Origin: Bacillota bacterium
Lineage (GTDB): Bacteria > Bacillota > Clostridia > Christensenellales > Aristaeellaceae
Reading direction: 5' to 3'
Length of the DNA stretch: 64,000 bases
NCBI GenBank assembly: GCA_023415715.1
Contig: JAEZJP010000206.1
Location: forward strand, 16,949-80,948
The position numbers and the translations under genes were made by a program. The notes under the pieces were generated by a model. That model saw nothing but the letters and a program-made list of their open reading frames with translations. It did not search any database and had not been told where the DNA came from. How positions within the stretch are numbered: position 1 is the stretch's first letter; every line of letters begins with the position of its first letter. Shown here one piece after another: positions 53,534 through 60,755 of the stretch.

Positions 53534-53959
53534 TTGCCAGACGCAAAGGCCACAGCAAGAGCGCTTCGTGCGCTCTTTTCTATTACAGCTCCTGCAGCTG
53601 CAAAGGGGGCGCAGGCCAATACGGTGATAGACATGGTCCCGCTGCTCCCAGCCTGGACAATGGGCGCATATGCCATCGGGGACGTGCGCATGCACAACAA
53701 TTATCCCTGGCGCTGCTGCCAGGCACACAACAGCGCAGGGAACCCGTCATGGGCGCCCGGGATAGCGCCTGCTCTTTGGGCGCCCTATCACGCCACGGAC
53801 GCAGCCCATGCGCTGCCATGGATCGCACCGACCGGGGCACAGGACGCCTACCAGGCGGGAGAATACATGATCTACACGGACGGCAAGACATACCGCTGCA
53901 AGACAGCAAACACCGTGCATAGCCCTACGGCTTATGCGCCGGCGTGGGAGGTGGCTTAA
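53534..53959 (+). CDS. protein with two CBM5/12-type carbohydrate-binding motifs
   Basis: ORF 53519..53959. TTG at 53534 lies 7 nt after GGAGGTG. Contains YAIGDVRMHNNYPWRCCQAHNSAGNPSWAPGIAPALW and YQAGEYMIYTDGKTYRCKTANTVHSPTAYAPAW. Confidence 0.6.
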   Translation: MPDAKATARALRALFSITAPAAAKGAQANTVIDMVPLLPAWTMGAYAIGDVRMHNNYPWRCCQAHNSAGNPSWAPGIAPALWAPYHATDAAHALPWIAPTGAQDAYQAGEYMIYTDGKTYRCKTANTVHSPTAYAPAWEVA

Positions 53960-54895
53960 TTGAGCAAAAGAGATATCATCGCGCAGGCTGCACTTGAACG
54001 TCTCGGGTGCGGCTATATTTATGGCGGAACCGGGGCTTATTGCACTGTAGCCTACCGGGAAGCTAGGGCCAAACAATACCCGGAGTACGCCGCAAAGATG
54101 AAAGCCAACTGCCAGCGCATGAGCGGGAAAAAGACAACCTGCGACGGGTGCAGGTGGTATGACGCGGAGGCAAGGCGCGGCAAAAAACTTTATGACTGCG
54201 CCCAGTTGGAAAAGGCCTGCGCAAAGCTGGCAGGGTATTTGCTGGTATCAGGGGCGCACAGTCAATGGACAAAAACAAACTGGCAAGCAAAAGGGCCTAT
54301 TGATGCCTGCCCGGCCAACCGCGCAGGACTGGCCTTCTTCTGGATGGGCAGCGATGGCCGTATGAAGCACGTAGCGCCGGGGATAGATGGTACCTATTTC
54401 ATTGAGGCACGCGGCCATGATTACGGCGTTGTGAAAAGCACCTATGCTGCCAGAAAACCGACACACTGGGCACAATTGCCCGGACTGGATGGTGATACCG
54501 TGGCAGAAGATACACCAATTACAGAGCCGGAAGAGCCAGTAACAAGCACCATGCCAATGCTGCGAAAGGGAAGCAAAGGCGATTATGTAACATGCATGCA
54601 AAACCTGCTGATGGACAAAGGCTGCACGGTCAATAGATTCGCGGAAAAAGACAAGGGAATTTTCGGGCCTAAGACGCTTATCATGCTCAAGACCTTCCAG
54701 GGCATCAACGGCCTAAAAGTGGACGGCATTTGCGGGCCCATCACCTGGGCGGCGCTGCTGGAGGATGGTCCTGAAGATCAGCCGGATGATGAACCGGATG
54801 TCGTACTTGTCAGCTGCAACCTCATCAACGTGCCGGAAGCTGATGCCGACGCGCTGATCGCCAAGTATCCGGGCAGCACGAAGGCGGTGGGATGA
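53960..54895 (+). CDS. endolysin: NlpC/P60-type peptidase plus PG_binding_1 domain
   Basis: TTG start. N-terminal Cys peptidase-like region (YDCAQL ... HV). C-terminus LRKGSKGDYVTCMQNLLMDKG...GIFGPKTLIMLKTFQGINGLKVDGICGPITWAAL. Confidence 0.8.
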   Translation: MSKRDIIAQAALERLGCGYIYGGTGAYCTVAYREARAKQYPEYAAKMKANCQRMSGKKTTCDGCRWYDAEARRGKKLYDCAQLEKACAKLAGYLLVSGAHSQWTKTNWQAKGPIDACPANRAGLAFFWMGSDGRMKHVAPGIDGTYFIEARGHDYGVVKSTYAARKPTHWAQLPGLDGDTVAEDTPITEPEEPVTSTMPMLRKGSKGDYVTCMQNLLMDKGCTVNRFAEKDKGIFGPKTLIMLKTFQGINGLKVDGICGPITWAALLEDGPEDQPDDEPDVVLVSCNLINVPEADADALIAKYPGSTKAVG

Positions 54896-54959
54896 TGTGA
54901 CCAGGAGGCATCATTATCCCAGGGAACCTTGTACAAAACAAAAGAGGCGGTATGAACGC

Positions 54960-55550
54960 ATGAACAACAAAAAGAGGCGTCAATTGATCACCAGGGCAAA
55001 ATGGATAGTGGCCAGCGTCGGATGCACGGCACTGGCCATTTTGGTATGCGCTGGGCAGGAACCGGATGAATCAAGAACTGGAATCGACAGGTACACAGGC
55101 ATAGTTCTGAAATGCGGGGCGGCGCTATCCGCATTTATTGCCGGTGGAATCGGAGGATGGGCGCCAATCACAAATGCTTTGGTTGGTGTAATGGCCATGG
55201 ACTATATCACGGGGGTCATTGTTGGGATTGCCGGAAAGAGCAAGAAAACATCTGATGGAAAGCTATCCAGCAAAGTAGGATTCATTGGCCTTGCAAAGAA
55301 GGGATTCATCCTTGCAGTGGTGGCGCTGGCCCATATGATCGATACCGGGGCGGGAATGGGTACGAACATGGTCAGGGATTTGGCCTGCGGCTGGTACATC
55401 GGGAACGAAGGCCTTTCTATCTACGAAAACATGAAGCTGCTGGGTGTGCCATTCCCAGCGCCGCTGAAAAAGGTGCTGGAAAAGATCAAAAAAACCGGAG
55501 AGCTGCCAAAGCCTCTGGAGGATAAAGAAAGTGAAGGTGGAAACTCATGA
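54960..55550 (+). CDS. holin (phage_holin_4_1 type) with N-terminal extension
   Basis: ORF 54897..55550. MDYITGVIVGIAGKSKKTSDGKLSSKVGFIGLAKKGFILAVVALAHMID...WYIGNEGLSIYENMKLLGVPFP. Alternative upstream GTG at 54897. Confidence 0.8.
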   Translation: MNNKKRRQLITRAKWIVASVGCTALAILVCAGQEPDESRTGIDRYTGIVLKCGAALSAFIAGGIGGWAPITNALVGVMAMDYITGVIVGIAGKSKKTSDGKLSSKVGFIGLAKKGFILAVVALAHMIDTGAGMGTNMVRDLACGWYIGNEGLSIYENMKLLGVPFPAPLKKVLEKIKKTGELPKPLEDKESEGGNS

Positions 55551-56008
55551 AGAAGGTTATACCCATTCTACTGTTGATTTTGGTCATGACGCTGACGGTG
55601 GCCCTGCCGGTCATCGCCTTGGCGGAAGAAGCCGGGGCCGCGCTTCCCAATGATTACATGACGCCGGAGGACTTCGCAACATTCGCCGGCCAAGTGGTAT
55701 TCGTGGTGGCGCTGGTTCAGTTCTTGAAAATCCCCGCGGACGGTTGGTTCGGCGGGCACATCAAAACAGAATATGTGGTGTACATTGTATCCGTCATCGG
55801 GCAGGTGCTGGCCAGAATGATCCTGCCGAATGTCGCCGGTGTATTGACATGGGGCGCGGTTCCAACAATTCTTATATGGGCGCTGTGCGTAGCCTATGCC
55901 GCCATGAAGTCTTATAGTGTGATCATTGCAAAGGTGGAGGGAAGGAAAGCCGCGCTAGCCGACCAGAATGAAGTACAAACAAAACAGCCCAACGCGGAGG
56001 GCGTATAA
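55547..56008 (+). CDS. membrane protein of the lysis cassette
   Basis: Signal peptide plus three hydrophobic helices. Its start overlaps the holin stop. Confidence 0.55.
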   Translation: MKKVIPILLLILVMTLTVALPVIALAEEAGAALPNDYMTPEDFATFAGQVVFVVALVQFLKIPADGWFGGHIKTEYVVYIVSVIGQVLARMILPNVAGVLTWGAVPTILIWALCVAYAAMKSYSVIIAKVEGRKAALADQNEVQTKQPNAEGV

Positions 56009-56023
56009 CCTATAGGTAATATG

Positions 56024-56053
56024 ATCCCCCGGTGATGAGCCGGGGGATTTTAT
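56024..56053 (+). terminator. terminator ending the late operon
   Basis: ATCCCCCGG-TGATGAG-CCGGGGGAT followed by TTTTA. Confidence 0.7.
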
Positions 56054-56066
56054 GGAGGAAAATATA

Positions 56067-56315
56067 ATGAATACATCAATAGAGCTGAGACGTGGACAAT
56101 CAATCCTCTCTACCGGGAAAGATAGCGATATTCTTTTAGGACCTACAATCACCGCTGAAAACCTTGCTGCTGAGTTACAGAAATACAACGTTAATCCGGG
56201 CAGCATCGCATACAACCGTACTTTTTACTTTGACCCCACCAACATTAATGCAATCCATGTGTTTTTAGATGCCGATGGAAAGTGGTACGACGCCACCGGT
56301 ACGGAGGTAGAATGA
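56067..56315 (+). CDS. hypothetical protein (cargo)
   Basis: ORF 56052..56315. The ATG at 56067 lies 7 nt after GGAGGA. Confidence 0.45.
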   Translation: MNTSIELRRGQSILSTGKDSDILLGPTITAENLAAELQKYNVNPGSIAYNRTFYFDPTNINAIHVFLDADGKWYDATGTEVE

Positions 56316-58438
56316 TGAATGATTTAAAGCCGCTGCATGAGGCGAGGGTATATATAGATAAAAAGATCGGTGTAGTTAGTACGCAATTGGCCGAAATTAC
56401 GAACCAACTGAACGGACTGCTATCCGTAGTTCTTGACAGCGGTGTATGTGGCCCAAATGTAACGTGGACGCTTTATGCATCCGGGCTGTTAAAGATCAGT
56501 GGCACCGGGTCAGCTTACGATTATGTTAAAGGTCTTAACATCGGACGCACTCGCCAACAGATTGAGGACATGGTCGCTGCTGGCACCCTCCCAGACTATT
56601 ATGGGTTTGAGGCAGATGGCGTTTACGACGTGGCAAACGAGCAATGGGTTGCGCCGTGGTACAAATACCGGGCTGAAACCGACTTCATCACGCCCGAAAA
56701 TCCAGATGGATACGTAACCTTAGAAGACTACAATACCTACAACCCCAAGGGCTGGCGCTATAACCGCATCCAGGTCGATCCGGGCATTACATATATCGGA
56801 AACTGGTTCTTCTACCGTGTCTGTGGCCCGACCGAGTTGGTAATTCCGGAGGGTGTTACCGAGCTTGGTATTTGGTGTATTCGATTTTCAACAACCTTGG
56901 ATACTGTTACATTGCCTGATAGTCTTACGACCATTGGATATAGGGGTGTATCGCGTGACGAGGTGCTTACAACTCTTAATATCGGTGACGGACTTGTGTC
57001 TGCGGGGGATTATGCTTTCGCACAGAATCCTTATCTTACCGAATTGATTTTTCCTGACACCCTTACGACACTGGGAGAATTGTGGTGCGAGGAAGACGCA
57101 TCGCTGCAAAATGTTCGGCTTGGCAGCATAACGACGCTGCCGGATAGATCGTTGCTATCCAAGGCATATCTGACGAATGTAATATTGCCCGACACGCTTA
57201 CGACAATCGAAGAATATGCATTTTACAATTGTTCGGCGTTATCTCAAATCAATATTCCTGCAAATGTAACGACCATCGATGCGAATGCCTTTACCGGATG
57301 CACAGCCCTACACACCGTATACATCGACAGCCCGACCGTTGCCGCTGGTATATCGGTGATTGGCAGTTATGGCAATGTGGTTGGAAATGCAAGGTATATA
57401 TATATTCACAAAGATATTGCTACAATTGGTGCATATCTGTCCAATTACTATTACAAGGGCGAGTTAATTGGAGATTACTACAAGCACACGCTGTGGGCAT
57501 ATGCAGAAGAGTTTGAGGCCGCTGGCATGCTTGGGTCTACCGCCCATTACGAGCTGTCTGAAACGGAAACACCAGGCGAATTTGCGCTTGCCATTAAAGG
57601 CTCCGGTGCTATATCTGGCACCTATTCAACTATGCCTTGGTACAGCTATAAGGCGTCGATTGTTTCCGTAGATGCACAGAGCGGAATTACGTCGCTACCT
57701 GCGAGTTGCTTTAGCGAGTATCCGACGCTTCGGACTGCCGCTTTACACGTGACCACGCTGCCCAATAACGTATGTTACAAATGCGCGGCTTTGAGCAGTC
57801 TGGACTTGAGCGGAGTCACGTATATTGGAAATCAAAATTTCTGGCAATGTACGTCGCTGACGTCCGTCATCATCCCGTCTTCGGTCAGTTCCACAGGAAC
57901 GTATTGCTTCTATCAGTGCGCGGGACTGAACTCGCTGACAATCCAAAACGGCATAACCACGATTGGTGCGGATGCGTTCAACGGATGTATGGCGCTGCAA
58001 AGCGTTACCATCCCGAACAGCGTCGTCACGATCTCTGCCAGGGCCTTTGCGGGATGTAATGGTGTGACTAGTGTTGTGCTTGGTACTGGAGTTACTACCA
58101 TTGGGTTGCAGGCGTTCAATGGCAATTCTGGCACGCTGACGATTCCCGAAACAAACGTCATAGAGACCATAGGCAATGAGGCGTTTATCCTGACTACAGG
58201 ACAGGTTGGTACACTGTATTTACCCGCTATCGTGTCGATAGGCGATAAAGCGCTGCGCAGAAATCTTGCATTCACAACTGTGGACATTGGGTCTGGGATT
58301 ACTACGATTGGCGCAGAGGCGTTCCGATACTCCAACGCTACATTGTTCATCATTCGGCGCGCACAGGTCGATGTGACAATTGGCACAAATGCTTTTGCGG
58401 CAACGCCGCCTGAAAAACTGACGTTTGTTCCGGCGTAA
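56312..58438 (+). CDS. BspA-type leucine-rich-repeat protein (cargo gene next to attR)
   Basis: ORF 56282..58438. Many roughly 23-aa units of the type IP.sVt.IG..AF.gC..L..v.i (LRR_5 pattern). CGPNVTWTLYASGLLKISGTG at the N-terminus. No signal peptide seen. Confidence 0.8.
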   Translation: MMNDLKPLHEARVYIDKKIGVVSTQLAEITNQLNGLLSVVLDSGVCGPNVTWTLYASGLLKISGTGSAYDYVKGLNIGRTRQQIEDMVAAGTLPDYYGFEADGVYDVANEQWVAPWYKYRAETDFITPENPDGYVTLEDYNTYNPKGWRYNRIQVDPGITYIGNWFFYRVCGPTELVIPEGVTELGIWCIRFSTTLDTVTLPDSLTTIGYRGVSRDEVLTTLNIGDGLVSAGDYAFAQNPYLTELIFPDTLTTLGELWCEEDASLQNVRLGSITTLPDRSLLSKAYLTNVILPDTLTTIEEYAFYNCSALSQINIPANVTTIDANAFTGCTALHTVYIDSPTVAAGISVIGSYGNVVGNARYIYIHKDIATIGAYLSNYYYKGELIGDYYKHTLWAYAEEFEAAGMLGSTAHYELSETETPGEFALAIKGSGAISGTYSTMPWYSYKASIVSVDAQSGITSLPASCFSEYPTLRTAALHVTTLPNNVCYKCAALSSLDLSGVTYIGNQNFWQCTSLTSVIIPSSVSSTGTYCFYQCAGLNSLTIQNGITTIGADAFNGCMALQSVTIPNSVVTISARAFAGCNGVTSVVLGTGVTTIGLQAFNGNSGTLTIPETNVIETIGNEAFILTTGQVGTLYLPAIVSIGDKALRRNLAFTTVDIGSGITTIGAEAFRYSNATLFIIRRAQVDVTIGTNAFAATPPEKLTFVPA

Positions 58439-58457
58439 TCGTAGTCTATTGCGTACA

Positions 58458-58497
58458 AATCCCCCGTTCGGATAATGGCCGGGCGGGGATTTTTTTA
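58458..58497 (+). terminator. terminator after the LRR gene
   Basis: ATCCCCCG ... CGGGGAT imperfect stem followed by T7. Confidence 0.5.
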
Positions 58498-58520
58498 TTT
58501 ACTGGCAAATTTACTGGCAG
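58498..58520. promoter_or_regulatory. tandem TTTACTGGCA(A/G) repeats (candidate integrase arm-type sites, P arm)
   Basis: TTTACTGGCAA at 58498-58508 and TTTACTGGCAG at 58510-58520, in the same orientation as the pair at 18189-18211. Confidence 0.55.
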
Positions 58521-58586
58521 ATATTCAGTAAAGAGTATAAATAGGCCAAAATAAGATTATAGATAAATAACATAATAATACAAAGC

Positions 58587-58630
58587 AAAAACCCCGCAAG
58601 CCTTTGAAATTCAAGGGTTTGCGGGGTTTT
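58587..58630 (-). terminator. phage-supplied terminator of the reconstituted tRNA-Arg(ACG)
   Basis: AAAACCCCGCAA ... TTGCGGGGTTTT long hairpin directly downstream (minus strand) of the tRNA 3' end. Confidence 0.6.
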
Positions 58631-58632
58631 AT

Positions 58633-58679
58633 TTTGGTGAGCCTGGCGGGATTCGAACCCACGACCTTTTGATTCGTAG
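58633..58679. repeat. attR core (inside the intact tRNA)
   Basis: 47 bp identical to 18080-18126. Confidence 0.9.
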
Positions 58680-58711
58680 TCAAACACTCTATCCAGCTGA
58701 GCTACAGGCCC
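58635..58711 (-). tRNA. tRNA-Arg (anticodon ACG)
   Basis: The reverse complement reads GGGCCTGTAGCTCAGCTGGATAGAGTGTTTGACTACGAATCAAAAGGTCGTGGGTTCGAATCCCGCCAGGCTCACCA. The cloverleaf is regular, with anticodon loop CTACGAA. Confidence 0.9.
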
Positions 58712-58737
58712 AAGACTGTCTTTGGGACAGCTTTTGT

Positions 58738-58766
58738 ATTATATCAAAGATGCTTTGAAAATGCAA
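58738..58766 (-). promoter_or_regulatory. promoter of tRNA-Arg(ACG)
   Basis: Minus strand reads TTGCAT (58761-58766), a 17-nt spacer, then TATAAT (58738-58743), 26 nt upstream of the tRNA 5' end. Confidence 0.65.
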
Positions 58767-58808
58767 CAGGGAGAATACGTTTTTTTGAGAAAAAAGGCGT
58801 CTTTGACG

Positions 58809-60056
58809 TTATACTCCCTGATCGCTTGTTCCCGCTGCAGCCTCGGATGCCGGCATTGATGATTTCATGCCTAAGGAAGGCAGCAGCATGAGTGAAGCCA
58901 CGATTGCCCCAATCACCCACGTTCCCGAAATGGAGAACACTCCCACCAACGCCCCGCTGATGAGAGAAGCGGTCATGAATCCCACCTGAAGAAGAAGGGA
59001 CTGCATGGACAGGAAGGATGCGCGTTGGCTGTCCGGCACTTCCCTATGAAAAATGGAACCCTCAGCCACATTGGATGCGCCAAACATGAAGTATGCAGCA
59101 CAATAGGATGCGGCGAAAACAGCCGGATGGCCTGTGAGGGCCGCAGCTATAAGTAACAGAAGCATGACCACCCGCGCCGACAGGAAGAGAAATTTTGGGC
59201 TGATACGCCATGATTTCAGCACTTTTTCCGAAAGCAGGCTGCCAATAGCGATTGCGGCAAAGTACGAAAGAGACATCACACCTAAAAAGATGGTTTTATC
59301 CTGTCCTCCGCCCAATAGTGAAAGCATTCGCGGCTGCCAGTACACCTCCAGAAAGGCCAGCGCAAAGCCAACGCCTACTACAGCGATAAGAATGCTTTTC
59401 AGATTTACGCTCCCGCGAATCAATGATGCACCTTCCTGAAGCTGCCGTTTCAAGGAGATGGATTGCTGCCGAACATCCTTCACATCATCCGGAATCAGTA
59501 CGGCGGCAAGATATGCGGCTAACAGGGAAAGCACTGCGCGCAGGAGCAGCGGCAAATCGTATGGGCCAAACAGCGGGATCAGCGTTGCACCGATGGATGG
59601 CAGCAAGCCGCCTATAAGGGCACCCAGCCCAAGCCCCGCAGATTCGCATATAGAGAGTATCTTCATGCCCTTGGGAAGGTTCTCCGGTCCGAAGACTATT
59701 CGGTAGCGGCTGATGAACAACGCTTCCATCGTTCCGGAAGAAAGTGCCCGGCCAACGCCGTAAAGCGCAAGACCGCCGATTGTCCATAAGGGACCAAAAC
59801 CCGGTAAAATGATGAGAAAGGCAGCTGCCGTCACCACCATGGAAAGAATGAATACGCGTTTCTTTCCGAGCATGTCGGCGGCAACACCAGAGGGGACCTC
59901 CAGCAGAACCGCTGCAGCGGAAAATGCAGCCAAGCCAAAACCGATGGTGGATATGGTCAGCCCCTTGGTTAGAAACGCCAGGCTCAATATGGAAGCGAGC
60001 AGGCCGTTGCAAAAGCTGCAAAGCGTTAGTATCAGCGCATAGTGCCTTGTTTTCAT
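58809..60056 (-). CDS. MFS transporter
   Basis: ORF 58809..60113. Start moved to MKTRHYALILTL (ATGA overlap with the regulator stop). About 12 TM helices and the motif-A-like sequence DMLGKKRV. Confidence 0.85.
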   Translation of the reverse strand: MKTRHYALILTLCSFCNGLLASILSLAFLTKGLTISTIGFGLAAFSAAAVLLEVPSGVAADMLGKKRVFILSMVVTAAAFLIILPGFGPLWTIGGLALYGVGRALSSGTMEALFISRYRIVFGPENLPKGMKILSICESAGLGLGALIGGLLPSIGATLIPLFGPYDLPLLLRAVLSLLAAYLAAVLIPDDVKDVRQQSISLKRQLQEGASLIRGSVNLKSILIAVVGVGFALAFLEVYWQPRMLSLLGGGQDKTIFLGVMSLSYFAAIAIGSLLSEKVLKSWRISPKFLFLSARVVMLLLLIAAALTGHPAVFAASYCAAYFMFGASNVAEGSIFHREVPDSQRASFLSMQSLLLQVGFMTASLISGALVGVFSISGTWVIGAIVASLMLLPSLGMKSSMPASEAAAGTSDQGV

Positions 60057-60628
60057 GGTTTTTCTTCCTCCTGCGCAATGTCCATGCGGTACGCCATCAG
60101 CGTTACCTCCCAAGGTTTTGTATCCGGCCCGGCCACCGTATGGCTATTCAAAAAGCCGATTACAAACTGATAGAAGTCATCAGCTTCTTTAGGCGTCAGG
60201 TGCACAATGCCTGTCAATATGTCGTTGAGGCCATGCATGTTTTCCGGTTTAAGCGTCTCCCGATTCCTTTCCACCGTATGCATAAAGCCGTTCAATGCTG
60301 TCATCAGACCGGCCTTTACCATTTCATCACGCATGGGGGCAAGCGTATCCTTGTATTGCTGGCCGATACTGACAGTAACATCCGCAAGGCGCAGATAATG
60401 GGCTTGAATGCCGCGGATCACTTCCATATGATCCGGCTCCACTAAACCGATGGACATCAGCTGTTTCAAATGATGCTGGGCTGCAGAGGGTGTTATGTTC
60501 AACCTGCCGGCAACCTCCTTGGCCGTAACGGGATGGCCCAAAAGCTGCATCTCCCGCAGGATTTTTTGGCGCAAGGGCAGCGAATAGATGCGAAGCTCCT
60601 TTTCACTTTTGAGAGTAATCATCTTCAT
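60053..60628 (-). CDS. ArsR-family winged-helix regulator with C-terminal extension
   Basis: LPLRQKILREMQLLGHPVTAKEVAGRLNITPSAAQHHLKQLMSIGLV. The ATG at 60628 lies 7 nt after GGAGA. Confidence 0.75.
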   Translation of the reverse strand: MKMITLKSEKELRIYSLPLRQKILREMQLLGHPVTAKEVAGRLNITPSAAQHHLKQLMSIGLVEPDHMEVIRGIQAHYLRLADVTVSIGQQYKDTLAPMRDEMVKAGLMTALNGFMHTVERNRETLKPENMHGLNDILTGIVHLTPKEADDFYQFVIGFLNSHTVAGPDTKPWEVTLMAYRMDIAQEEEKP

Positions 60629-60644
60629 AACAACATCTCCAACC

Positions 60645-60682
60645 ACGTAACAACTTTCATCACGTAATATTTTATGTTACGT
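60645..60682. promoter_or_regulatory. candidate ArsR operator
   Basis: ACGTAACA at 60645-60652, and the palindrome ACGTAA-N9-TTACGT at 60662-60682, lie 17-54 nt upstream of the regulator start. Confidence 0.4.
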
Positions 60683-60716
60683 TATATCAAATGTCAAGTT
60701 ACAATTTGCATACAAA

Positions 60717-60746
60717 AAACCGACCGGTTTTATGCCGGTCGGTTCG
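60717..60746 (-). terminator. terminator after the SpoIID/LytB-domain gene
   Basis: AACCGACCGG-TTTTATG-CCGGTCGGTT. On the minus strand it is followed by TTTTTT. Confidence 0.65.
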
Positions 60747-60755
60747 ATGATTACC

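Larger units (their letters stand above)
18080..58679. mobile_element. integrated siphovirus-type prophage, about 40.6 kb
   Basis: Perfect 47-bp direct repeats at both ends, an integrase next to attL, and complete immunity, early, packaging, head, tail and lysis modules in canonical order. Confidence 0.9.

Noticed and set aside
49636-58438. Diversity-generating retroelement targeting the tail fibre or LRR gene
   Set aside because: No reverse transcriptase ORF exists anywhere in the window. I found no template/variable repeat pair near the 3' ends of these genes.
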